This document shows positions 27,295 through 42,729 of a stretch of DNA of 64,000 nucleotides, one piece after another; the stretch's first letter is position 1; each line of letters opens with the position of its first letter. Below the pieces are notes generated by a model. The model was given only the letters and a program-made list of their open reading frames with translations, was not told where the DNA came from and did not search any database. The DNA lies in assembly GCF_964204645.1 (NCBI RefSeq), contig NC_134025.1:28810299-28874298 (forward strand), given 5' to 3'. The translations under genes were made by a program, and so were the position numbers. This DNA comes from Tubulanus polymorphus (lineage: Eukaryota; Animalia; Nemertea).

Positions 27295-27398
27295 GGACCA
27301 GTCCTGGTATTTCAAAATTGAATTTGATCCTCAATTACACGATTTTCTCGTTGAAAATGAATTAACTTTGACTCGGAATCAACTGTGGATCTGGATCC
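27295..27398. mobile_element. ~110-bp MITE family, degenerate inverted copy nested in the Harbinger
   Basis: TTGAAAATGAATTAACTTTGACTC is the near reverse complement of GAGTTAAAGTTAGTTCATTTTCAA in the 35153 copy; the element ends AACTGTGGATCTGGATCC. Confidence 0.55.
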
Positions 27399-27762
27399 AA
27401 TTCGGAGCCTGAAATCAATCGAGTTTGAAGATCTATACATCTATTGTGGCTTTATATTATGTGGCTATAAAAATTCGTTATTTTTTGTTTCATTTTGCCA
27501 AGTTGGTCATGTCAATGTCTTTACTTCAGTGTAACATCGAGTTTTTCGGATATATCCTAGAAAATTATCCCAAGACAAAAAGAGACTTTAGTTACATAGT
27601 CATTGTGTGCTAGACTGCTGTAATTCTTAATTAGGCGAAGAAAAATTTGAGATCAGTCGATTTCGGAACTTAGCTTGGTTTACTGTGATAGATGGCGGAT
27701 ATCTATGGAACTGCGAGTGCTTTATTTTAAGCAAAGGGTAATCTGTCTCAATACATGTAGTA

Positions 27763-28535
27763 TTTTTAGCCCACTTGGGACTTTAGTCCCAGCGGGCTAT
27801 TGCGTTCACTTTTCGTCCGTTTGTAGACGGAATCCAGTTATTTTGGGAAGTTTTGAAGACGCTTCAAGGTTATGTCTTGATATTTGGGTTACACATGTAT
27901 CTACCCTTGACACATCTTCAGCCCAAAAACTGGCCCTTTCAGAATCACGATGGTCGACTGATAGCCATTGTTGTTCGCCAAAATTGGCCCTTTTTACACA
28001 TTTTTAAGTTTTTGAGGAAAAATTTGAAGACGCCTTGATCTTTCGGATATATTTGAATCCCCCCCCCATCAGCATAAGAAAAATTTGGTCGATCGGACTC
28101 AAGATGGCCGTCCTATGACCTTTTTAGTGCCCAAAAATGTCAATTTTGGCCGGAATTCTGGGTCATGTAGCTTTCTACTGGTTTGCCATTTCTCATTGCA
28201 ATTTGTGATGGGTATTCTTTGGAAAGGGATGTTTTATACCTGAGACAGTTATTTTTGATCAACCAATTATGACGCAATTGGCGGCCATCTTGGTTTCATC
28301 AGTACTTATTCGTAGGTGGAAAAAAGTTTTTCCACATTATATTTATACCGAAACATATTGTGTTACTACAATCAATTGGAAAGTTGTAGCCCATAACGTG
28401 TTCTATGATTTTGGTGAGTTTCAAGGTCATTGGTTTTTGTATATGGTCACCAGGGGGCGTTGAATATTGAAATTAGATTGTTGAGCATTTGAAACCACTT
28501 CCCAAGTGGGCATGGTGTCCCTGGACCCCTAGTTT
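27763..28535 (+). mobile_element. Non-autonomous Helentron-type (HINE/DINE-like) element nested in the Harbinger
   Basis: Begins TTTTTAG. Sub-terminal inverted repeats GCCCACTTGGGA (27769-27780) and TCCCAAGTGGGC (28500-28511), a 5' stem GGGACT-TT-AGTCCC followed by AGCGGGCTA, and a 3' short palindrome GTCC-CT-GGAC ending TAGTTT. Confidence 0.7.
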
Positions 28536-28766
28536 ATGCATAGTATTACTGAATATTTGAAAAGCCGTACATAGTTGTACTGTAAAGTCACGTTTTTAAG
28601 TTTTAAATTTTTGTTTGACAATTCTATGGATCAGTTCAAATTGTACTGATCTGAATAAATTTTAATTCTTCAAGTATCTAAAACGTTATGTTTACATTTT
28701 TATGCATTATATACGGTTACATAATTTGATGACAGGCCCTTGTCAAAAAGTGTATTTTCCCTACTA

Positions 28767-28942
28767 CAGTCAACCCCCAATATACTGCCCTCCCATATAC
28801 CGCCACCCCCGCCTACCGCCAGGTTTTCTCAATGCACATCTCTATACAAATACATAGTAAAACACCTCCAATATACTGCCATACTCTCTATACCGCCAAA
28901 ATCGTTCTGCACTGACGTGGGCGGTATATTGGGGGTTGACAG
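28767..28942. mobile_element. Tc1/mariner-pogo-type MITE nested in the Harbinger
   Basis: TA|CAGTCAACCCCCAATATAC ... GTATATTGGGGGTTGACAG|TA: TIRs with one mismatch and a TA TSD; internal ATAC(T/C)GCC repeats. Confidence 0.8.
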
Positions 28943-29283
28943 TACATGAATTTACAGAAAATGCCTATCCATGCATGATAAAATGCTGAGAATCATCTGA
29001 AAATCTTATGTTAGTGGATTTCAGATCTCCATATCCTTGGTATAAGTACTGTCACCTCAGATAAGTCTATGCCATTACCCGTCAAGAAAGTACCGGAAGA
29101 GGACATTGAAACATTCCGAGGACATTGAAACATTCCTGAAGCATAAGTGAATCATCTCTCTTCATTCCCAAAGCAGCAGGCATTGTAGTCATAAGGGCTG
29201 GACAAGTCTGGGACGAACAGCAATTAAAATGACAAGAAATGATAATACTGATATGTGACACTTTATTTTAAGTCGGTATATAT

Positions 29284-30741
29284 TTACAATGACAACATTG
29301 TTGCTATCGCATAACGCTTCTGTACGGCAGTGGGATTTAGGAAACCACCGACTTGATCAGGATTTTCCTCTTGTGCTAATAACTGAACCTCATGCAAATA
29401 ATCATTAGCATCGTCAGATAGCAATATGCATACATTATGAAGCACAAAGCAGCTTGTAATGAACATGAGTAATCGACGTTCATCATGCATGTCTATATAC
29501 TTCAATCGCCGGAAACGGCCTTTCAAAATGCCAAATGTGTTCTCAATCATCATTCTAGTTGAACTTAACTTATAATTAAAGTCTTTTTGCATTCTGGTGA
29601 GATGGCCATTGTCTTTGAATGGAACCATTAAAAAAGTGTCCAGCTCATAGGCAGAGTCTCCCAACAAATGCGAATTATCAGGGAAAGTGGCATGTTTGAT
29701 TGCAGCATCACTTTGAATATCCCTATAAAGGTTACTGTTTTTGAACACACGCGAATCGTGACAAGATCCCGGCCATCCGACAGTAATATCCGTGAACATA
29801 TATTGATGATCACATATTGCGCAAACGTTAATACTGTGACATTTTTTCCGGTTTATGTAAATTTCCTGATCTTTGATAGGCGTCTTTATAGGGATATGTG
29901 TCCCGTCTACCGCCCCAATCACTTTAGGGAATTCTTGAGCAGCTGCGAAACCATCCCAAACTTCTTGGATCCGGTGTCCTGTCGGCCATTTGATGTAGTT
30001 TTGCATCATCTCTCCGACAAGTATTCGTGAAAGGAGCCCTGGAAATAAAATGCATATTTTTGGTCAAATTTTGGAATAAAGCAAACTGGACGAGCTAACC
30101 TCCAACCTCATTTGGACTAATTGGGATCGGTGTTAGATATGATTTTGTTATAGGCATGGTTGAACTCAAGATGAACAGAGGACTATATATAACTATTACC
30201 TACCAACTATGTTGAAAACGGTGGCTTCACATACTGCAAATGCATCTGCAACTCTGATGAGTGGAACTTGAGTTGCTGCGAAGTATAAGAATATTAGCGC
30301 TTGTTTATCCACACGAATAATCTGATCTGGTTTTTCATATTTATTCTTTATCCGTGGACCAAGATCTTCCATCAGTTTTTCGAAAGCAGTCGGCATCATC
30401 CTGAAAAATAAAAATACCACTATCATTTTATCAAAATCACATATCACTTTTGGAAACCTATTTTTGTGAAGAACGAAATCCTACCTGAATCGCATCTTGA
30501 ACTCAAGCGTGTTAAACCGTGGCACGGTCTCCTCCACAAAACCGGATGTGCGAGGAATTTTCCTCAGTTTTGTGTGCTTAGGTAGGTGGTTTAGTATTCC
30601 ACTAGTCCTAGACTGTCCGTTAATGGATCTATCCAAAAGCATATCATAATTGCTCAATGACGACATACACGAGTCGACCGGTTTCAGTAAATCTGAAAAC
30701 AAAACCACGAGGGCTGGCTTTTTCTCCAACGCTTCGGCCAT
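29284..30741 (-). CDS. Harbinger DDE transposase (HARBI1-like, DDE_Tnp_4), 3 exons, about 402 aa
   Basis: Exons 30741-30485, 30400-30204 and 30038-29284 join without stops. Motifs GAVDGTHIPI, YINRKKCHSIN, GWPGSCHDSRVF, LLGDSAY and RMMIENTFGILKGRFRRL keep the D-D-E triad. Confidence 0.92.
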
Positions 30742-31112
30742 ATTTGACACGGCTTGTGTGCTGGTAACTCATTTATCCACGAAGGATACTCGAAATTGAG
30801 TACCCTATACTCGGCAGGTACCATACCCGGAACTGAGTACGTTTCGATAAATTCGCCTTTAGTCGTAACTATAGTCCAGAAATAGTCTACCGAAGTTCAC
30901 CCCGGTGACTATGAAAGCTTGTGGCGCGCGGAATTCGATGGCAACCAGTCTAGCGGAATCGCGGCCAGCTCCGAAAATATCCAAATGATTCGGTCGGCAG
31001 TTGAAACTGTCCAACCGACTAAAGGTCGTTGCGCAAAGGCTTGATCGTCCCCCGCCCTACTGAAACTTTCAAGCAGAGTAGGCTTTTAACAGTTTAATTT
31101 CGAATCTCCGAA

Positions 31113-33267
<2,155 letters not shown>

Positions 33268-33632
33268 AAAGTACTAAATCTTATCAAATTTTATATACTA
33301 TAGATTTTAAATGGGCGCACGCAATAAACTGTTGTATGCATACATTCATCGTGAGTTTCATTTTGCTTCCTTTCACTGGATTAAAGTTTTCAACATATGT
33401 CTGAAGATTTAACACTAGAATACGATATAAAATATCACAATTTATTCAAAGTAATTGAATTGATTACGAGCAGCTTAGACGATATGAGAATAAGAATGTT
33501 TTCCTGGCAATTCATTATTCAAACGAATTAGTGTCAATTTCTATAAATGATGTCGATACAATTTCGAAGAATTTTAAATTCAGAAGCTATTTAGGAAGTA
33601 ATTAGCATTTTTCAAACACATCATAGATATTA

Positions 33633-36414
33633 TCAACTTGTTGAAGATGGCTCGTCATCCATGGTTTGAGATTCACCATTATTCTGTCCACTGTTTATAT
33701 AATGCATTTTAATAGTACTATCCCAGCTGCAAGTAGTCACTATATTCTCCTGATTGTTTGACCAAACACATCCTTTCACATAGTCCGTATGAGAACTGTT
33801 CTTGTATCTAAAATATAAATATCCATGTGATGTAAATTGGGGCTATTTATTTATTTTAGAGCTGGTTTCTAAGAGAATCAAACATTATACTTACACTTGA
33901 TCTCCAGATGTGATGTCAGTCACAACCACTGTACAGTCATCTGATGTTGTCGCAACCAAGGATGGGCTAAAACAAAATGGATTCAACATTACAAATTAAG
34001 CCAGTACCATATAATTTGATCTGTAAGCGTTTATCTCACAGTTTGAAATTAAAGAATTCAATCAATATTCTTCTTTCAAAAATTTTTTCAAAGTATTTCA
34101 TGGGTGATTTTCCTGAATCAAAATAGGGCCTTCTTTAAAATATCCCATTTTAAAGGAAAAACTACAGAAATGTTTCCGAACAAAATTCTCTCGGTTCTGT
34201 GGATACGTATAAAAGTTCTTGGTACAGGGATTCACCAGTAATGCACTTACTTTGATGGATTAAATGCAATAGCTGAAAGCGAGCGTTGATGAGGTTGTGA
34301 ATAATGAATAGATTGATCAGCAGAGCGTAAATCTTTCACCAGCAAACAACCGCTAATATCGGATACAGCGTAATTATTATCACTCATCGGTAGCCACGTT
34401 ACACAGGTCGGCTCATATTCTAACGGAGAAGTGTCTAAATAATAGAAATACCAAAACAACACGTACAAGTGAATATATATTCGTGAAATTGATTGATTGA
34501 TTGATTTTATTTTCATAGAACATAGTTTAGTATAATAATTTATCTAACAAAATACCACAATGAACTATGAAGGACTCGTCCAGAGCCTGAAGGCTGTAGC
34601 TCTGAACAGAGTGGATGAGCCCCGGTGACTATGAAATGGATGATGATGACAAAGATACAAATGTCAATATTATAAGGTTTATCTATGGTAAGCTATTTTC
34701 AAAACAACATACAACATTCGATGGTAATTATACTTTATCATTAACCTGATTAGTTTAACGAACCTAATCGAAGAGCTGGTCTCATTTTCCTACGATCCCA
34801 CAGAATAACGTGTCCATCCTGAAATATTTAGCGTTAAATAATCTTCCTTTTTCACGTTTCTCTACGACAATACTTGATAATAGCGATTAGTTCAAACTCA
34901 ACAAACCTTGGATGCAGTAAGAAATACATCGGCTTCTTTCGCGTGGCAAGATACGGAAGAAATAGAATCGTAGTGACCTGAAATCATAAAATAAATGTTA
35001 AATGATAATTATTTCTTGCTGAGAAAAAATAATCTATATAGACTTAGCAGGTTTCGATTGAACGTATGAATGTATTCAGGTATAGGAATAGCTAGAAACT
35101 CTTAACCTTCTATCAGGCTTTCAAATTATGCTATTCAGAAAATAAGTAACCAGGACCCAGTTCCACAGTTGTGAGTTAGAGTTAACTCAGAGTTAAAGTT
35201 AGTTCATTTTCAATGTTTTAACCCAGGGTCAAATCTTAACTCACTACTGTGGAACTGGACCCAGAAGAGTATTCCGGGTAGAGGCCAATGGAAACGGGCC
35301 TTCGAGTATTGAATTGATGTACCTCGATATCTATTAATTGATTGCTGAGCTGGTATGTCCCATATCTTAACACTGAAATACAAAAAGCATCATTGTATAC
35401 CGGTACTTAATCTATGATCTGATGATAAAATACAGTTCAGATCTGTGAGACATACTTGCAATCAGCTCCAACTGAAATAGCATTTGTAGAATTAGCACAG
35501 ACGCCTACGCCAGTGACTCTATCATCGTGTTCTATCAATTCCCATTCACTTTCAAATGATCTTCCTTCTTTACGTATATTATACACTCCTACAGAACCTG
35601 TAATAATATTTAAAGCACACGGTCAATTAATAAGGGTCTTAAATTTATAATCTGAATCAGTTCAGGGTACCATCTCTAAATTTTGCTTTAGTTGCTTGTG
35701 TTTACTTTTAATAACGGCTACAATTTCGACTTAACCATTGCAAGCTTACACTCTTCATCAAAAGCCCTACTATGTAAGGCTTTAAATGGGCCGAAGAAAT
35801 GCTTAACTTTCAAATTTATAAATGGAACAGCCAGTGGTCAGTACTTCGTCTTAGAAATATCTGCTGGGTTGCCCAACAAATAATATGTTACAGGTCACAT
35901 TTTATTTGAGCAAAAGCTAAGCATTCATCTAGTGGTCCCATTATCTAGTTCTAGAGGTTTATATATTTACCGCTATCGCTGGCTGTAATTACTAGCGAGG
36001 ATGTGATCCATTGGGTGTCACTGATTCCCGAGTTGTATGGTAATACAGCTGTACACAGAGATGGCTCCGGTGCGTCCGACAGATTTTCGTAATACCATAA
36101 ACTACCTTTCCAATAACGACCAGTCAGCGCTGAACAACCAATCAGAATCCCACCTTCTGAGAAAGATTAAATCAATCAAAACCTTGTCCTTGATATTGAT
36201 GATAAAACATTAGTCTCAACACCAATACATCATACCCAACAGTGTAAGCCTTCTTTACAACAATTATTAATTAACTACCTTCATTGATTCGTAAAACATC
36301 GAGATGTTTTTCTAAACTGGAAGGGATCGTCACGGATGATTGGAATTGGATTTCCTCTGTTTCTAAGTTTTCCTCCTCATTTTGGGGCCGATTATTGACA
36401 CTGGTTTCAGTCAT
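33633..36414 (-). CDS. WDR77: Methylosome protein 50 (WD40 partner of PRMT5), multi-exon
   Basis: Spliced translation PSSLEKHLDVL...GGILIGCSALTGRYWKGSLWYY...ASDSGSVGVY...EHDDRVTGV...VKIWD...FLTASKDGHVILWDRRK...HTDYVKGCVW matches the MEP50 pattern. The start Met (MTETSV) is inferred. Confidence 0.88.
35153..35262. mobile_element. ~110-bp MITE family, best-preserved copy
   Basis: GGACCCAGTTCCACAGT ... ACTGTGGAACTGGACCC terminal inverted repeats; homologous to the 9211 and 27295 copies. Confidence 0.75.
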
Positions 36415-36682
36415 AACATCAGAATCTGCTGCAGCAACGCAATCTATTAACACCATAGCACGTCTGCGCGTCTGTCAGCCGAACGATACGAGGACTGATG
36501 AGGTAATGGAGGTAAGATGAGGATAAAGAGGATGGCTAAAGAGGATCTGGAGTAATGCAGAGTGTGACCGGCAGGTGGGGTTTTAATTCAAGATGGCGGC
36601 GCCCATGAGAAGCTGATTATCGCCGATTGGTGGAATAAATACCAAAATTTCCGTTTGAACGAATTAATACAGCACCGTTAAA
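36415..36682. promoter_or_regulatory. Bidirectional promoter shared by WDR77 and RWDD1
   Basis: Divergent start codons about 270 bp apart; YY1-type motif CAAGATGGCGGC at 36589-36600. Confidence 0.65.
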
Positions 36683-38300
36683 ATGACAGATTACAAAGAA
36701 GATCAAGTGGGTGAAATAGAAGCTCTCGAATCTATTTATGTCAGTGAATTGACGAGTGAGTGAACGATTTTCCGTCCTGCGTATTTCATTTCCGGGTTCA
36801 ACTTCAATCAATTTAAACTTACTTTATTGATACAACCTATGAGTATTCAATCTTTTCTGAACTTTGCTGTTGTTTCACCAATTAAACATATTATTCCAAG
36901 AAAAAGAACCCGTATACGTATCCCATAGGGGCTTGTATCAGAATTGTATGGTAATGATAAAGTGTTGAATCCACACCCCTAAGTTAACAGATTATTGTTT
37001 GTGCATTACCTTAAACTCGGATATAAGCCCCTGTAGATTATCCACGCATATTTTGTGCATTTTTTACTCTTTCAATTTAGTTCTTGAGACTGAACCGTTC
37101 CATAGTTTTGAAATCAAAGTCACTACACAGGAAGGAAATAATGAAGATGAAATCACAGGTAAAATTGTCTAGTGATTTTGATTGTAAGAGAAATAATTTT
37201 TTGCTTAGCTCTGTAAATTATACTGAAATTCTATTTTCAGCTTTCGTTGTGCTGGAGTTTACTTACACTGAAAAATATCCAGAGGAACCCCCAGAAATGT
37301 CTATAAGTTCTTTTGAATCTTTAGAACAGGAAGATATTGATATTATATCACAAACAATGAAAGAAGAGGTCTGTTTTTGATGAATTTAGGCTAAGACCAC
37401 AAAGGGGTTGGGGTAGGAATTCCACGTATTTGGTACAATTTCCCAAATGTACATCTAACACAAATGACTTCAGACGATTGAACTGAAGGTTCTGTGTCTA
37501 AGGATGAAGTGTTCGGATAATTAGTCTGTTAAATCTGTAACTTAAAACAGGTCATTCAGTGAAGTTTTTACATTCTCAGATAATTAAGACATCAATTCAT
37601 GTATTGTTCATATTTTAGGCCGAGGAAAATGTGGGAATGGTTATGGTGTTTACAATTGTATCAGCAGTTCAAGAAAAATTACATGTATTGGTTGAAGAGG
37701 CAAAGAAACGCCAAGAGGAAAAAGAAGACAAACGAAAAAAGGAATTAGAAGAAGCTGAGCGTGTAAATGTCTTTCATCATTTTAAAAATTCATTAGATTT
37801 CGCAAAACAAAGCAGAATTTATTTGCTCTTGTTATTTTAGAAAAAGTTTGAAGGAACGATTGTTACAATTGAAACATTTCTGGCGTGGAAGTCAAAATTC
37901 GATGCCGAAATGCAAGAGCGACGACGACTTGAGGGAATTGAGGAAAAAGTCACCAAAAAACTCACAGGTAAATAAAACTAATTTGTTTGAAATATCAAAC
38001 CACTTGCTCTGTGATCGATTTAATACAATTGTATAAAAATGGAATTGTTATTTTCACAGGACGGCAGCTATTTATGCAGGATCACACATTAGATGATTCT
38101 GATGTGAAATTCTTACAGGAATGTAAGTGCTACACGATTTTCAAGTAAAAAAGCTAAGCAAAACTGGCCTCAGATTTATAAATGATTTTCGCAATATTTT
38201 TTACTTCCTAGCTGGTGGAGCTGTTGTTGAAGTGGATGAGTCGTTATTTCAAGATATGGAAGACCTTGATCTTGATGCTGAACTCGATGACGAACAATGA
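36683..38300 (+). CDS. RWDD1: RWD domain-containing protein 1 (DFRP2), multi-exon
   Basis: MTDYKEDQVGEIEALESIY, FTYTEKYPEEPP, AEENVGMVMVFTIVSAVQEKL, FEGTIVTIETFLAWKSKFDAE, KLTGRQLF and EVDESLFQDMEDL. Confidence 0.93.
36927..37032. mobile_element. Short MITE-like element in RWDD1 intron 1
   Basis: AGGGGCTTGTATCAGA ... TCGGATATAAGCCCCT imperfect inverted ends. Confidence 0.45.
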
Positions 38301-38797
38301 CGTCAAACTGAGTTCTAGTTGTGCAATTATCTTTTCGGGATATGAACATTTTTAAATGAAATTCTGTGCTTGGAGATCACATCAAGCTCTTATTCGTCAG
38401 TGGTTTTAAATCGTGGATAAGGAAATTCATCGACCAGATTATTAGTTCATGTGAAATATTCATCTGAAATTTTTCTGAGAAAAATTAAAAACCAGTGACT
38501 CAGCAAATCCCTTGTTAAAATAAAATACAATTGTTTAATAGTATATTGCGATTTTGTCTGATTATTTCGCTGGTCAGTTACATAAGAATTTTAGTGGCTC
38601 CCAAATAGAAAGCGTGAACATCAATCCATGCTTTGGACATTGGACATTTTCATTATGCGAAGATTTGTAGGATTCGAACCCATGTCTGGAACCCATATTG
38701 TTTGTTGTGACTGTTTCGCATTGCGCATTGCCAGTTTTACTAAGTAGCGCTGTATACCGTACTAACGATGGAATGACTTATTTATTAATCATTGTTA

Positions 38798-41170
<2,373 letters not shown>

Positions 41171-42729
41171 TATTATAATAATACAATACTGGATTTTGTA
41201 AATAAAGTATGATATTTAAATTTATGATGAGAAATGAACTAGTTTTTGCTTTGAACGAGGTTTTGGCCCTTCTTGGTGTAAGACGCCAATGACGACTTCA
41301 TGCAATACAAGAACTGATATCCCTACCATAATACGCTAGATGGCGCGTGAATCGTCCATTATCTGGATTGAAACGATTGTTTCTGTCATTAAAATGTCAT
41401 ATCGGTTGGCAGTCGGAACTATGAAAAGCGAGGCATATAGAAATTCACATTCGCTTATTTTCACTTATCTTTAACATATATACTATAGCATTACAGAAGG
41501 AAAAGAAAGACCAATTCTTGAAAAAAGCTTTCCATGATTAATTCATCAAATACGGATTTCTATTGATTTTTTTCAACATGTTTTTTATGTCTGAACTACA
41601 ATTTTCAAAGCCAGAATAAATCCTCAATACCGTCATGTTGCAATAAGTGCTTGTTTTGGAAAATAAGTGCTGTAATGGAAATTTTAAAAACCCATCACGC
41701 GACGGAATGTTTACCAAACGACACTCGGCTGTTTGTACGGTACCGTCTATTACAGATGCGGTTGTACCTTGCAAACTATGACTTGTTTTTGCTCTGTTTT
41801 CTATATACGTTTATCCCTGATTATCGTGGACGATTTCTACTTTGAGCTATGATTATGAGTGGAATGAATGGAAATGAGACTAACTCTAACGATCCCAAAA
41901 ATTTCTTATCCCAGAATGGAGAGGTTTATGGCTGTGGTACAATCAATTTTTGTTACTCATTATTTGGCTTGGACGTTGAAGTTAGGGCCATAGAAGAAAA
42001 CCAGTGCCAACGAACGTAGGAAAAAACAGATTTCAGTTTTCTACGCGAGATATTAAATTATCAAGTACAAGTCACAGCATTCTGTGGCAGAAAACAATGT
42101 ATTCCGGGAGGTTAAAAGTACACAGTCATTTGGATCATTAGGCCTACACTGTATAGGCAAATTCAAAAAATTCAGAGCGGGCCTTGAGATATATGGCATG
42201 AATAAAATGAACTCTATTTAAGAAAACAACTTATGAATTCTTTTATTTTACTTTCTTTATTTTTGCTCTTTGTTGATAGAACCAATGACATTCATTTGAA
42301 AGGCGTATATATATCATTTTGTGTCAATGCGTGGTTAAATGAAGTCTAAAGACTTGCGGGTTTATTGTTCACCTGGTGACGCTGGTCATGATTTCATTTC
42401 TTGAATTCTATTGAATCTACGGCAGTAAATAGATCGAGAATTGACTCGATCGATTTCTGCTTAGTAGAAAGTGTTTCGTAAACAAAACAAGCAATATTGG
42501 AGGAATAAACTAACGAGTTAGGACGTTCGGCATTCGTCTTAGTCGTAATGATATAACAGAAACCACTCGGGGTTGCTCAAAATACATAAAAGGATATACG
42601 AGTCCCAGGTTTATGCTAAACTAACTGGATTATTGTTTTATTTTACAAAAAAAATTGATGGATATTTTGATAAGTATCTAAATATCGAGAACGGTGACAC
42701 TCGAATAACGAAAAAAACTCATACGTGGA

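Larger units (their letters stand above)
25389..30858. mobile_element. Autonomous PIF/Harbinger DNA transposon (5470 bp)
   Basis: Perfect 29-bp TIRs AGGCGAATTTATCGAAACGTACTCAGTTC (25389-25417 and 30830-30858), TTA target-site duplication (25386-25388 and 30859-30861), and convergent Myb/SANT and DDE transposase genes. Confidence 0.95.
25324..30902. mobile_element. Small hairpin/MITE element split by the Harbinger insertion
   Basis: GGGTGAACTTCGGT (25324-25337) and ACCGAAGTTCACCC (30889-30902) are exact inverted repeats outside the Harbinger TSDs. Removing the Harbinger restores a ~110-bp imperfect palindrome (CTATAGT..ACTAA.TGATA / TATCA.TTAGT..ACTATAG). Confidence 0.65.

Noticed and set aside
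29099-29136. 19-bp direct tandem duplication GAGGACATTGAAACATTCC
   Set aside because: Simple local slippage with nothing between the copies, so not a TSD.
30038-30204. Apparent frameshift in the transposase
   Set aside because: It appears only with the donor at 30199; the adjacent GTAGGT donor at 30203 restores the frame.
29284-30741. Domesticated HARBI1 host gene
   Set aside because: It is enclosed with a Myb/SANT partner by perfect TIRs and a TTA TSD, so it is a transposon gene.
38660-38695. tRNA gene suggested by GGATTCGAACCC (also 50646-50661)
   Set aside because: Only an isolated B-box-like motif, with no cloverleaf.
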